Shown piece by piece: positions 53,377 to 64,000 of a stretch of 64,000 bases of DNA (positions are counted from its first letter, which is position 1; each line of letters opens with the position of its first letter). The position numbers and the translations under genes are program-made. This DNA is from Alphaproteobacteria bacterium (GTDB lineage: Bacteria; Pseudomonadota; Alphaproteobacteria; UBA8317), in NCBI GenBank assembly GCA_038131935.1, contig JAYPQH010000010.1, positions 1 to 64,000 on the forward strand, read 5' to 3'. The notes under the pieces are model-generated. The model saw nothing but the letters and a program-made list of their open reading frames with translations, did not search any database and was not told where the DNA came from.

Positions 53377-53635
53377 ATTTTTCTCATCACTGGTTGAGGA
53401 GCTAGTGCTATGGCAGATTTTTGTACTTTTTGGCAAAGCCTCCTCGATAAGGTCTGTGTTGATTGTGAGAAGGGCTGAGATCTCACCAAGCATAGAGTGA
53501 TATTTCTATCTTGCATGGAGCCGTGAATGAATTCCATTGATGCTTCACAAGATTTAAGATGAAATGTCACACTTGCTTTTGCTGCCATGACAGGACATGT
53601 GTGCAATTGTTACCAATGGAACAGTTGAGCAGATC

Positions 53636-54061
53636 ATGTCAGATCAAAGATTGATAAGCTTCGATGAAATCGTGGAGACTTTTTCATACTTGGATAGTTG
53701 GGAAGAGCGTTACGGTTACGTCATGGAGCTAGGTGCTCAATTGGAACCACTTGAAGAGCACCTCAAAAGAGACGAGTTCAAGGTTCGAGGCTGTGCATCA
53801 CAAGTGTGGATGATTCCTTCCCTTCAGGATGGTCATGTGACTTGGCAAGCTGATTCAGATGCACTGATTGTGAAGGGCCTTATCTATCTTCTCCTATCTT
53901 TCATCCAAGACCGTTCATCAGATGACATCACCCGTGATGCCATCTTTAAAGCTTTTGAAAGACTAGAATTGCAAAGTCAGTTGTCTGCACAACGTGCGAA
54001 TGGATTTGCCTCTATGGTTCAGCGCATTGAAACAGATATGCGCAGATTTCGATCACAATAA
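53636..54061 (+). CDS. sufE: Cysteine desulfuration protein SufE
   Basis: WEERY, KVRGCASQVW, DSDALIVKGL, LSAQRANG. Confidence 0.95.
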   Translation: MSDQRLISFDEIVETFSYLDSWEERYGYVMELGAQLEPLEEHLKRDEFKVRGCASQVWMIPSLQDGHVTWQADSDALIVKGLIYLLLSFIQDRSSDDITRDAIFKAFERLELQSQLSAQRANGFASMVQRIETDMRRFRSQ

Positions 54062-54084
54062 AGCAGTTGCAACCAACGGCAATA

Positions 54085-54672
54085 TCAGGCTTTTTGCGCC
54101 AATAAAGCCTTAGCTTGGGCAATCCAGTCACCACGTTCAATACGATTTTGTATGTTACCTAACTGATGCTCCAATAGGATGATATCCTCTTTTGTTAATG
54201 CAGCAAGTTGTTCGATTGTGGTGATCCCACAGGCTTGTAATTTTTCCTCTATTTTTGGCCCTATTCCAACAATATCACTAATGGAAAATGCCTGTTTTAC
54301 TTGACTTTCTTGTGTATGCTGAAGCTCCATTTGGGTTTCTATGTCTGTATTTTCAAAAATACGATCGGGTTGTTGCTCAATGGATTCCATTTGTTGCGTT
54401 ATGTTTTGGGTTTCAAGATCATCTGAGATACTAGAATCCAAATCCACAGCAACCACCGGTACCGCTTCTGTTTTGATATCGGATCCATTTCCATCAATGT
54501 TATGATTTTTAATGATGGTTGAAAAATGTACCTGGTAAGGACTGTTTTTATTCCATTTCCAACCCGTTATAGGTTGGCCAAAAAGAGTGTATAAGCAGGA
54601 AATACCATCGGGATGAAATGTCATGATGGGGGTGAGGGCAAACATAGCTAGGATCTCCAAGACAAATGACAA
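54085..54672 (-). CDS. Hypothetical protein with C-terminal helix-hairpin-helix (DUF4332-like) domain
   Basis: IVGIGPKIEEKLQACGITTIEQLAAL...RIERGDWIAQAKAL. Confidence 0.75.
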   Translation of the reverse strand: MSFVLEILAMFALTPIMTFHPDGISCLYTLFGQPITGWKWNKNSPYQVHFSTIIKNHNIDGNGSDIKTEAVPVVAVDLDSSISDDLETQNITQQMESIEQQPDRIFENTDIETQMELQHTQESQVKQAFSISDIVGIGPKIEEKLQACGITTIEQLAALTKEDIILLEHQLGNIQNRIERGDWIAQAKALLAQKA

Positions 54673-54814
54673 AATTGCATTGTTAATATCGCACCTGCAA
54701 AATTATTTTGCAATGCAGCATTTTTAATATGAGGCTAAGGTTGAGACGCTTTTTCGCAAGAGTGTAGGGGCATTTGCACTTGATGCTCCTTGAAGAAGAT
54801 CATAGCTAGTATTC

Positions 54815-55252
54815 ATGACAAAAAAACAAAAACGCATTGCCATTATATCTTTGTGCGGCGCCGTGCTGGTGGTGACCGTTTCCCTTGTTCTTTCCGCTGT
54901 TGAGGAAAGCCTTGTCTTTTTCGTTACACCTACAGAATTGCAAGCAAAGACGATGAAACCTGACCAGCGCATACGCATTGGTGGATTGGTACAGGAAGGC
55001 TCTGTTCGCTATATTGAGAATGAACAGGTAGAGTTTGTTATCACAGACCAGGTGGAAGATGTCCAAACTAGGTTTCGTGGGCTGCTACCTGACTTATTCC
55101 GTGAGGGACAAGGTGTCGTTGTAGAAGGCTACATGGATAATGGTGTTCTTGTTGCTGCTGAAGTTCTTGCGAAACATGATGAGACATATATGCCCAAGGA
55201 AGTTGCGGATTCATTGAAAGCTGCAGGAACATGGAAAGGTAACAAACCATGA
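54815..55252 (+). CDS. ccmE: Heme chaperone CcmE
   Basis: FFVTP, RIGGLV, LPDLFREGQGVV, VLAKHDETYMP. Confidence 0.97.
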   Translation: MTKKQKRIAIISLCGAVLVVTVSLVLSAVEESLVFFVTPTELQAKTMKPDQRIRIGGLVQEGSVRYIENEQVEFVITDQVEDVQTRFRGLLPDLFREGQGVVVEGYMDNGVLVAAEVLAKHDETYMPKEVADSLKAAGTWKGNKP

Positions 55253-57215
55253 CCGCGGAATTAGGACATGTAGCGCTGATTGTTGCACTTTGGGTTTCGT
55301 GCATTCAGTCTATTGTTCCTTTGTGGGGGTATCACGCGGTCATTTGCAAATGATAGCTATTGCCCAACCAACAGCTATTGTTGCTTTTTTACTCGTTGCC
55401 GCTGCGTTTTTATCCTTAACAGTGACATTTGTTACATCCGATTTTTCTGTGCGTTTGGTCGCAGAGCATTCTCACTCCCTTAAACCTATGCTTTATAAAA
55501 TTTCTGGTGTTTGGGGAAATCATGAAGGTTCTATGCTGCTCTGGATACTCATTTTAACATTTTTTAGTGCTTTGGTGAGTATCTTTGGCGGTCGAATCCC
55601 CAAAACATTTCAAGCTCGTGTCTTGGCGGTGCAAGGAATGATTGCTGTCTCCTTTTTGTTCTATATTTTGGGGACATCCAATCCATTCTTGCGTCTCATA
55701 CCTGCTCCTATTGATGGACAAGACTTGAATCCCCTTCTACAGGATCCTGGTTTGGCGTTCCACCCTCCCTTTTTGTATCTTGGGTATGTTGGGTTTTCCG
55801 TCGCGTTTTCATTTTCTGTCGCCGCATTGATGGAGGGACGTGTTGATCCTGCATGGGGTAGATGGGTTCGACCTTGGACTTTGGTGGCGTGGGTATCTCT
55901 TACGTTGGGCATCGCGCTCGGTAGTTGGTGGGCCTATTACGAGTTGGGATGGGGTGGATGGTGGTTTTGGGACCCCGTAGAAAACGCTAGTTTTTTGCCA
56001 TGGTTACTTGGAACAGCTTTGCTGCATTCAGCACTTGTTGTGGAAAAGCGCGCAACCCTCAAGACATGGACGATTTTGTTGGCCATGTTAACTTTTGCCA
56101 CAAGTTTGTTAGGGACATTCTTGGTAAGATCAGGTGTCCTTACATCCGTTCATAGCTTCGCAACTGACCCAACGCGTGGGGTATTTATTTTGATATTACT
56201 CGCCATCACCGTGGGCGGGGCACTGCTGTTGTATGCATGGAGAGCTCCAAACTTGCGAAGTGATGTGGCATTCGAAGCATTAAGTCGTGAGGGCTTATTG
56301 GTGGTCAACAATCTTCTTCTTGTTGTGGGGATGTTGGTTGTTCTGCTTGGCACGTTATTTCCATTGTTTACAGAAGCTTTTGGGTACAAGGTCTCGGTAG
56401 GTGCGCCTTTTTTCAATTTAACCTTTGTACCGCTTATGGTGCCCTTATTGATGCTTTTGCCGTTGGGACCGCTTTCGTCCTGGAAAAAGGCAAATATACA
56501 GCGTGTGAGCCGGCAATTATTTGGTGCTCTGGCCTTGGCATTGATCACGGCGTTAGGGGTTTTTATCGCTCAAGGTGGAGCTGATTGGATAGCTTATGCC
56601 GGAATTGCATTGGCAGTTTGGTTGATGGTGGGTGCCATCATGGAACCACTGTCACGTGCGGGACTTGGCCAAGTACCAGTGAAAGTATTTGTGCGCAGAT
56701 TGATAGGGTTGCCGTTGGGTCAATACGGGGCTGCTGTAGCTCACTTTGGACTCGGTGTTATGGTTGCAGGTATTGTGGGTATTTCGTGTTTTTCTAGTGA
56801 AAAAATCATTGCTATGGGGCCCAAAGATCAGCTCTCCATTGGAGGTTATACACTTAGTTTTGATGGGGTTGGTAAAGGCCAAGGTCCAAATTATGAGTTT
56901 CTGAGGGGGCGCGTCATCGTCACAAAAGATGGTAAAAATGTAGCCGATTTATTTCCCGAAAAACGGCTTTACAACGTGAAAGGTATGCAAACCACAGAGG
57001 CCGCTATCCGGTTTGATGGAATGGGTGATTTGTATCTTGCCCTAGGTGCGCGACAAGAAAATGGTAAATGGGCGTTGCGTGCCTACTATAACCCTGGGGT
57101 GGACTATATTTGGTTTGGCTGCTTTGTTATGGCGGTAGGCGGTATGTTATCTATTTTTGGATTGCGTTATCGTAGGCATGTCACTCAATCGACAAAAAGG
57201 CTGGTAGAAGCATGA
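55249..57215 (+). CDS. ccmF: Cytochrome c heme lyase CcmF; frameshift near 55290
   Basis: MTAELGH start, WGNHEGS, WAYYELGWGGWWFWDPVENAS, SVHSFA. Confidence 0.97.
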
Positions 57216-57661
57216 AGTATGTTGTCATACTTCTTTTGACGTTTTGGCTGCAGCCCGCTTTAGCAGTAACCCCTTCGGAACAACTTCAAGATCAAAAGTT
57301 AGAAAATCGTGCGCGCGAAATTTCTAAAGGATTGCGTTGTTTGGTATGTCAAAACCAATCAATAGATGATTCTGATGCTGGTTTGGCGAAAGATCTCAGG
57401 ATATTGGTTCGTGAACGTCTTGTTGCAGGTGACTCGAACCAAGAAGTCATAAACTTTGTCGTCGAGCGCTATGGTGATTTTGTTCTTTTGTCTCCTCCAC
57501 TCAAGCCCGCGACATGGCTTCTTTGGCTATCACCTATTTTACTCTTGGCGATTGGAATTTACCTGGTGCGACATTTCTTTAAGGGGCAAAAAAAGGTTAC
57601 CATTCGCTTGAGTGAAGAAGAAAAGCAACGGCTTGCGCAATTTCTTGAAAAGGATGGATAG
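57212..57661 (+). CDS. ccmH: Cytochrome c biogenesis protein CcmH/CycL
   Basis: LRCLVCQNQSIDDS, RYGDFVL.PP. Confidence 0.96.
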   Translation: MKYVVILLLTFWLQPALAVTPSEQLQDQKLENRAREISKGLRCLVCQNQSIDDSDAGLAKDLRILVRERLVAGDSNQEVINFVVERYGDFVLLSPPLKPATWLLWLSPILLLAIGIYLVRHFFKGQKKVTIRLSEEEKQRLAQFLEKDG

Positions 57662-57706
57662 CAAGGGCATATTGGGGTTCACCGATAGATTTGGCGTGAA
57701 AGACAG

Positions 57707-60535
57707 ATGCATCGTGGAATGATGAAGAGGATCTCAATGAAATGCAAATTGAGCCTAAGAGATTTATCTCATTTGCCATTCATGAAAAGGGCAGAGAGAC
57801 TCGTTCCATCCCTGGCAGATGTGTATGAAGGACGAGAAGATCCACTCTTATTTAGACACCAATATTATGATGCGTTGATCGCTTTACAAGACCAGGATTT
57901 GGATTTCAAAACGTTAGGTCGCCACATAAGGTGCTATCGGCACGGTTACTATGCTTGCACAGCAATCGCAGAGTTGTATGGGTTAGAGGGTATTTTGCAA
58001 TCAGCACAACATTTAAGTTCTTTTGCTGATGCAACAATTGATACGGCTCTCAAAACACAATCAAAAAATTTGATAGATAGAAAACGCCTGCCTGAACAGT
58101 TTCTAGATTTATCTTCTTCGGGTCTTATTGTTTTGGCTATGGGTAAATTAGGCGCGGAAGAATTAAATTTTTCCTCCGATGTTGACCTCATCGTCTTTTA
58201 CGATCCTTATCGGGCTGATTTGGTTTCTGAGTTCCCTGATTTTCAGCGCTTTCTTATCAAGTTGGTTCAAGAGACAACACGTTTGTTGTCAGAGCTTACA
58301 GCCGAGGGCTTCGCTTACCGTGTAGATTTGCGTCTCCTGCCTGACCCAGGGGCAACAGCTGTTGTGATTTCAACAGATGCAGCTGAGCAATATTATGAAA
58401 CATTAGGACAAAATTGGGAGCGTGCAGCATTTATCAGGGCTCGTCCCGCAGCAGCCGATGTAACGGCCGGGCATCAGTTTCTTACCCGCTTAAATCCCTT
58501 TGTATGGCGCCGCTCCATGGATGCATATGCTGTAGAAGACGTGAAATCCATAAAAAGACAAATTCAGGCACACTATAATTTACATGATATCTTAGTGGAA
58601 GATCATGACCTTAAACTAGGTGTTGGAGGTATTCGTGAAATAGAATTTTTTGCTCAAACGCAGCAATTGTTGGCAGGTGGACGCATGCCATCTCTACGCG
58701 CACGTCGCACCAAAGATGCGCTCTTGGCCTTGCGTGACGAAGGTTTTATTGAAGCACTTGTTTGTAAGCAATTGATAGATAGTTACGAATCCTTGCGAAG
58801 CTGGGAACATCGGGTTCAATATGTTGATGATCGGCAGACCCATCGGGTCCCAAAAGATGCAGATGCTTTCCAGACTTTTTGTAAATTGGCAGGCTTCACT
58901 CATGAGGACCAGGCGCGCGCAGAAATGCTGACATTGTTCCAACTTGTGCATGGGCATTTCTCAGATTTATTCTCTGGTCATCATCTGGCTTCTTCACAGG
59001 GCAGTCTTTCTTTTACAGGCCCTGATCATGATCCTAATACCTTGGCGACGTTAGAGAAACTAGGGTATCAGGAGCCAGATCGGGTCATGATGCTGGTAAA
59101 ACAATGGCATCATGGGCGTATGGGGGCCACCAGGACAGCCAAAGCGCGGGCACTGCTCACAGACCTCGCGCCAGTGATCATTGAATTATGTGCACGCCAG
59201 GATGAACCTGATGTTGTGTTGGGTCGGTTTGATCGGTTTTTGCGAGGGCTTCCCTCTGGGGTCCAGATTTTCTCTTTGTTTAACCATGAACCGCAAGTTC
59301 TCAATATGTTGATGCGCATTATGGCTGCTGCACCCAAAACCGTGTCCACGTTGATAGAAAAGCCAGCTGTTTTAGAAAGTATTCTGGATCCTGGTTTTTT
59401 CACAATTGAACCAACGTTCGCAGTGTTAAGCGAGAGATTGAAGGGGCGATTAGATTTGGCACAGCATTTTGACCAGGTGTTGGATATTGTGCGAGATTTT
59501 TGCAGGGATGAACAATTCCGTATTCAATTACAAATTCTGGAAGGCTGCTTGTCTTCGCAACAGGCCGGGATGTTTTACAGCATTTTGGCAGATGTTGTTA
59601 TGTCCAGCATCTTTCCTCATGTTGAACATTACATCGCTGCGCAACATGGCCAGCATGTCGCGGGGTTTGCAGTTATTTCCCTAGGAAAATATGGCAGCAT
59701 GGAAATGACCGCTCAATCTGACCTTGATTTGGTTTTTGTTTATGGAGATCAGGACCAAGTTCTTTCCGATGATGGGCGCAAACTACCTGGAGGTGCTTAT
59801 TATACCAAGCTAGGGCAACGTCTTATTGCTGCTCTGAGTGTTCCTACCGCTTCTGGGGAGCTTTATGATGTGGATCTTAGGCTTAGGCCTTCGGGTAATT
59901 CTGGTCCTTTGAGCACCTCTTTATCGAGGTTTTCGCATTACCATCTTGAAGAATCTTGGACTTGGGAACTTATGGCCTTGCTCCGGGCGCGCGTTGTCTA
60001 TGCTCAGCATGATCTACAAACGCGTATCATGGCACTTATTAAAAAAGCTCATCTCCACGCACAAAAGCGACTTAATATAACAGATGATGTCTTACAGATG
60101 AGGAAAAAATTATGGAAAGAGCGACATCCAAGAGGTGTATTTGATATCAAATACCGCACGGGAGGAATGATTGATATAGAGTTTATCCTGCAACATGCAG
60201 TTCTTTTGTCATCGCTTGAGGATTTTCACGAATATGGTGCCACGATCCCAGCTCTTCTGGATTGGTGTGAAGAACATGCCTGCCTCGCACTGGATGACCT
60301 ATCGGTGATACGCCATGCACATTTTATTCTTGCAGACTTAGAACAGTTATCATCTGTGGTGGGCGAAAAAGCACATGAGTTTTTGCTGCGCCAACCGCAA
60401 GACATGCTACTTGCACAATTTTTGAGCCGCCACGGATGGCAAAATTTATGTATGGAAGAGGCTATAAATCGCATTTGTATACCAGTTGTAGATGTGTTTG
60501 TTCGCCAAATCGGTGATTATCGTGCGGAAGATTGA
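57707..60535 (+). CDS. glnE: Glutamine synthetase adenylyltransferase/deadenylase; start uncertain
   Basis: Two nucleotidyltransferase motifs MGKLGAEELNFSSDVDL and LGKYGSMEMTAQSDLDL; GQNWERAA, GGIREIEF, VDLRLRPSG. Confidence 0.96.
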   Translation: MHRGMMKRISMKCKLSLRDLSHLPFMKRAERLVPSLADVYEGREDPLLFRHQYYDALIALQDQDLDFKTLGRHIRCYRHGYYACTAIAELYGLEGILQSAQHLSSFADATIDTALKTQSKNLIDRKRLPEQFLDLSSSGLIVLAMGKLGAEELNFSSDVDLIVFYDPYRADLVSEFPDFQRFLIKLVQETTRLLSELTAEGFAYRVDLRLLPDPGATAVVISTDAAEQYYETLGQNWERAAFIRARPAAADVTAGHQFLTRLNPFVWRRSMDAYAVEDVKSIKRQIQAHYNLHDILVEDHDLKLGVGGIREIEFFAQTQQLLAGGRMPSLRARRTKDALLALRDEGFIEALVCKQLIDSYESLRSWEHRVQYVDDRQTHRVPKDADAFQTFCKLAGFTHEDQARAEMLTLFQLVHGHFSDLFSGHHLASSQGSLSFTGPDHDPNTLATLEKLGYQEPDRVMMLVKQWHHGRMGATRTAKARALLTDLAPVIIELCARQDEPDVVLGRFDRFLRGLPSGVQIFSLFNHEPQVLNMLMRIMAAAPKTVSTLIEKPAVLESILDPGFFTIEPTFAVLSERLKGRLDLAQHFDQVLDIVRDFCRDEQFRIQLQILEGCLSSQQAGMFYSILADVVMSSIFPHVEHYIAAQHGQHVAGFAVISLGKYGSMEMTAQSDLDLVFVYGDQDQVLSDDGRKLPGGAYYTKLGQRLIAALSVPTASGELYDVDLRLRPSGNSGPLSTSLSRFSHYHLEESWTWELMALLRARVVYAQHDLQTRIMALIKKAHLHAQKRLNITDDVLQMRKKLWKERHPRGVFDIKYRTGGMIDIEFILQHAVLLSSLEDFHEYGATIPALLDWCEEHACLALDDLSVIRHAHFILADLEQLSSVVGEKAHEFLLRQPQDMLLAQFLSRHGWQNLCMEEAINRICIPVVDVFVRQIGDYRAED

Positions 60536-60611
60536 TTGCGTGGTGTTGGATATCCCAGAATATCCAAAACGGGTGTTTTAAAAGGGTGTTGTATATGAGG
60601 GGAGCAAAAAC

Positions 60612-61046
60612 ATGGGGGTCGTAGAAGGGCTATTGGTTCGTCCAAAGAGGCATGGAGAGATTTCTTTGCGGGAGTCCATCTTGGGTACGGTCGAAAAAGG
60701 TCTTCAAGGAGATTACTATCAAAAAAAAAGGCCTCGCCAGGTATCCGTTCTTTTTGCTGATCAATGGGAAGAGGCAATTGCTGACTTTGAGGAAAAACCA
60801 CACTGGTGGTATCGACGCGCCAATATCCTTGTCCGTGGCATTCTAAATCCACAGACCGTTGGGGTTAAATTGCGCTTGGGAAGCCTTATATTGGAAATTA
60901 CAGGCGAATGCGACCCATGCATGCGTATGGAAGAGGTTCGCTTAGGGTTAGAGCAAAAGCTTTTGAATTGGAGAGGGGGAGTGACTGCACAGGTTGACCA
61001 ACAAGGACATGTGCATATTGGTGATGCCGTTGAAATTTTGCCTTAG
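60612..61046 (+). CDS. MOSC domain protein
   Basis: GLQGD, RQVSV, RRANILV, LEITGECDPCMRM, RGGVTA. Confidence 0.9.
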   Translation: MGVVEGLLVRPKRHGEISLRESILGTVEKGLQGDYYQKKRPRQVSVLFADQWEEAIADFEEKPHWWYRRANILVRGILNPQTVGVKLRLGSLILEITGECDPCMRMEEVRLGLEQKLLNWRGGVTAQVDQQGHVHIGDAVEILP

Positions 61047-62003
61047 CCTGTCGCATGTAGGCAAAGATGGCCTTTGAAGAGAGGCTCAATTTGCAAGCCA
61101 GCCTGCCATGCGCGTAGTCCTGAACGGCAACATAAAACGATCCTAGAAGAGCTGTCTGCCTCAGCAACATGATTTTTAAGTTGGTCCAAGTTGAGTCTTA
61201 AAGCTTGTTTATGCACCAGGGGACCTTCTTCAGGTTCTCTCAAATCGACAATTATATCTTGGGCGGTAAAATCTTCCTGCGCGATAAAAGGCCAAATATC
61301 TTCAGGTTCAGGAGCATCATGGAATGCAAATGTTGCAAAATGCTGTTTGAGACCATCATAACGTATCAAGGTTCCCATGGGTGAGGGGGAGAGGGCCGAG
61401 AGAATTTGTAATGCCAACTGCGCTTGTAAACTGCCCAAAACCCCAACCACCGGGCCTAGTACCCCAGATTCAGCACAGGTCGTCAATTGAGGGGGACTTG
61501 TGGGAAAACAGCCCTTAATGAAGGTGCTGATCCGCAAAAACATCCCACATATCCTGGGTACCCACTACGGATGCAGAAATCAAAGGTATGCTCTTTTGTA
61601 AGCAAATATCTGAGAGGAAGTAGCTCACTGCAAATGCATCGGCGCAGTCAATAACCAAATCTACATCTTTTACAATATTCTGGACATTATGAGGTGTGAT
61701 TGCTGATGTTATAGCCTCGACGCGTACATCAGGATTACGTTTTGTAACAAATAGTGAGGCTTGTATGGCTTTGTTCTGACCAATATCACCTATATCGAAA
61801 AGTGTCTGTCGATGTAAGTTGGAAAGTTGGATTTCATCTGGGTCTGCAATCTGCAAGCGTCCTAGGCCAGCACCACCTAAATATTGAAGGACTGGTGCGG
61901 CCAATCCTCCAGCGCCAACAACCAACACATGAGCTTCACGCAGTTGACACTGACCATCAATTCCAAATTCCGTTACCGCGATTTGTCGCTCATATCGGTT
62001 CAT
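61043..62003 (-). CDS. thiF: ThiF/MoeB adenylyltransferase with C-terminal rhodanese domain; frameshift near 61550
   Basis: RYERQI, VVGAGGL, SNLHRQ, CAESGVLGP, CRSGLRA. Confidence 0.88.
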
Positions 62004-62596
62004 GATAATTGGGCTCTCCATTCTTGGATGCGTTTTTCTGGCTGCTCATGCATGGTTATAACCGTTACAACCGATATGATGTCCGCCCCGGCTTGCCTTG
62101 CTTCAAGTGCTCGTTCAGGTGTCATGCCGCCAATGGCAACCAATGGTATGTTTCCAACATAGGACTTCCATTTGGAAATTTTCTTCACACCTTGAGGTGC
62201 CCATTTCATCTTTTTGAGAATGGTTGGCCAAATAGGTCCTAGCGCAACATATTGTGGTTCCAAAGCCAATGCCCGCTGAAGCTCCGTTTCATCATGAGTA
62301 GATATGCCTAGATTTATGTTTGCCTTTCTAAGCCCTGGTATATCTGCGGTATCAAGATCTTCCTGGCCCAAATGACACCAATTAGCGCCAATTTCAATCG
62401 CGGTTTCCCAGTAATCATTCACGACCAATATGGCCTCATATTTTGTACAAATTTTTAGGGCATCTTGGAGCATTGATTTTGTTGTTGCGCTATCTTTGTC
62501 CTTAATCCGCATTTGGACGAATGTGACGCCAAGCGGGAGTGCCCGTTCCAACCAATGAACATCATCAAAAATAGGATAAAATGGATCCATTGTCAT
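62000..62596 (-). CDS. thiE: Thiamine-phosphate synthase
   Basis: VQMRIKD, VVNDYW, HLGQED, GISTH, VAIGG. Confidence 0.95.
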   Translation of the reverse strand: MTMDPFYPIFDDVHWLERALPLGVTFVQMRIKDKDSATTKSMLQDALKICTKYEAILVVNDYWETAIEIGANWCHLGQEDLDTADIPGLRKANINLGISTHDETELQRALALEPQYVALGPIWPTILKKMKWAPQGVKKISKWKSYVGNIPLVAIGGMTPERALEARQAGADIISVVTVITMHEQPEKRIQEWRAQLS

Positions 62597-63357
62597 GATA
62601 GCTCAGCCAATCCTAATAGAGGAGTGGATGGACTTGCCATATCGCGGCTTTCCATAGGATCAGATTGACGTCCTAGTATACCTGCTTGAAGCGCCAACGA
62701 AAATGCCTCAGCCATACCAGCAGGATCACCGGCTTGCGCAACGGCTGTGTTGAGCAAAACAGCATCGAATCCCATTTCCATCGCTTGGGTGGCATGTGAT
62801 GGCAGGCCTAACCCTGCATCAATCACCATTGGAATGTCTGGAAATTGCTTCCTAAGGGTGCGTAGGCCATAAGGGTTGTTCAAACCGAGCCCCGTCCCAA
62901 TAGGTGCCCCCCATGGCATGAGTACTTCACATCCTGCCTCAAGCAATTTACCCCCTAAAATGCCGTCTTCAGTCGTATAAGGAAACACCTTGAACCCTTC
63001 AGACAATAATATTTTTGCCGCTTCAAGAAGGCCAAAGGGATCTGGTTGTAAGGTGTCGGGATGTCCAATAACCTCAAGTTTGATCCAGTCTGTTGCGAAA
63101 AGTTCTCTTGCCATATGGGCGGTCGTGACCGCTTCGTGGACAGAGTAACAACCTGCTGTATTGGGTAAAATCGAGACATTCAGCTTTTTAATGATGTCCC
63201 AAAAGGGAGATCCTCCTGCATTCTCCCGACGTAATGATACCGTAGCAACGCCTGCCTTTGAGCGAAAAAAGGCTTGTTCTAAAATGTGGGGTGATGGGTA
63301 TTGCGCTGTACCAAGCATCAGTGGTGATAAGATCTCTTGTCCATAAAATGTAGGCAT
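62593..63357 (-). CDS. thiG: Thiazole synthase
   Basis: [35 protein letters not shown]. Confidence 0.97.
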   Translation of the reverse strand: MPTFYGQEILSPLMLGTAQYPSPHILEQAFFRSKAGVATVSLRRENAGGSPFWDIIKKLNVSILPNTAGCYSVHEAVTTAHMARELFATDWIKLEVIGHPDTLQPDPFGLLEAAKILLSEGFKVFPYTTEDGILGGKLLEAGCEVLMPWGAPIGTGLGLNNPYGLRTLRKQFPDIPMVIDAGLGLPSHATQAMEMGFDAVLLNTAVAQAGDPAGMAEAFSLALQAGILGRQSDPMESRDMASPSTPLLGLAELS

Positions 63358-63358
63358 A

Positions 63359-63559
63359 TCATCCTCCCTGCTGAGGGCTGAGAATTTCAATGCGGTCACC
63401 CGTTTCAATCAATCGGGTGCTACGTTGTGCTCGTGATACAAATTGCCCATTCACAGCTGTTGCGACTGTTGTTTTGTCCAATCCAAGAGAGAGAACAAGC
63501 GCTTCTAGATCTCTCTCCTCTGTTTGGTGTTCAGTACCATTTACGGTGATATTTTTCAT
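63359..63559 (-). CDS. thiS: Sulfur carrier ThiS
   Basis: 66 aa, [11 protein letters not shown]-terminal QGG. Confidence 0.95.
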   Translation of the reverse strand: MKNITVNGTEHQTEERDLEALVLSLGLDKTTVATAVNGQFVSRAQRSTRLIETGDRIEILSPQQGG

Positions 63560-64000
63560 GACAAGGCAGGCTCCTTACCCTCTAAGATAAGCGCTGTCGT
63601 TCTACATGCCAATGCTGGTGCGAGCAAGAAACCGTGACGAAATAGCCCATTAACGTAGATTTTGTTGTTTTTCGAAATAATACGAGGAAGATTGTCAAAA
63701 AATGCTGGGCGCGCATCTGCACCCATTTCAATAATTTCTGCCTCAGCAAAGCCGGGATGCAGACTGTAAGCTGCGTTGAGAAGTTCTACCGCTGATCGCA
63801 CTGTGATGGGACCTCGATGTTGGCTCTCAATTTGCGTCGCGCCAAGCATAAATACACCCTTTCCCCTTGGAACAATGTACAACGGATAACGAGGGTGTAG
63901 AAAACGAATAGGACGCTGATAATTGATGTCCTTGCTAAATAGCATCAGCATTTCACCACGCACGCCGCGCAGTTGAGGTAGCTCGTCTTGTGCGGCAAGG
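63556..64000 (-). CDS. thiO: Glycine oxidase, 3' part, runs off right edge
   Basis: RGVRGEM, LHPRYPLYIVPR, GATQIE, NGLFRHGFLLAP. Confidence 0.92.
   Translation of the reverse strand, partial: LAAQDELPQLRGVRGEMLMLFSKDINYQRPIRFLHPRYPLYIVPRGKGVFMLGATQIESQHRGPITVRSAVELLNAAYSLHPGFAEAEIIEMGADARPAFFDNLPRIISKNNKIYVNGLFRHGFLLAPALACRTTALILEGKEPALS

Noticed and set aside
53377-53493. 39-aa N-terminal extension of RF3
   Set aside because: Ser/Thr-rich, no similarity to RF3; a downstream ATG at 53376 gives a normal-length protein
4345-63590. Numerous 60-170 aa ORFs antisense to or nested in long genes
   Set aside because: Shadow ORFs of well-supported genes with no recognisable motifs
1-64000. CRISPR arrays, IS elements, prophage, defence systems, long tandem repeats
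   Set aside because: None seen on reading; nearly all sequence is explained by recognisable metabolic or housekeeping genes

Overview
Bacterial chromosomal segment from an alphaproteobacterium, probably marine and Rhodobacterales/Rhizobiales-like judging from DnaG and RpoD motifs. It is gene-dense and I saw no integrase, transposase, phage gene or CRISPR array. Left to right: carA (partial), yqeY, dnaG-rpoD-tRNA(CAU); a urea uptake/urease operon (urtABCDE-ureDA-orf-ureBCEFG, minus strand) divergent from a LysR gene and a highly divergent sigma-54-like gene; a gamma-carbonic-anhydrase/DMT/yciB operon with two unknown exported proteins; pyrF, ppa, dcd, rhomboid; an orphan ccoS-like mini-gene, a Fe(III)-binding protein and fur; a sox cluster (soxS, soxV, soxXYZABCD) followed by an exported alpha/beta hydrolase and acuI; plcP-agt-like lipid remodelling genes; ribF, pip, hspQ, mrp, an RND pump, ghrA, ABC-F, prfC, sufE, ccmEFH, glnE, MOSC and thiO-S-G-E-F. 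About 15 genes, including essential dnaG, are broken by small indels mostly at homopolymers, which indicates long-read consensus error rather than decay. The best novelty candidates lie together at 17.3-19.8 kb: a compact, multi-helix candidate cis-regulatory RNA in the urtA leader, and a sigma-54 homologue whose normally near-invariant RpoN box is rewritten. All calls are by eye; no searches were run.
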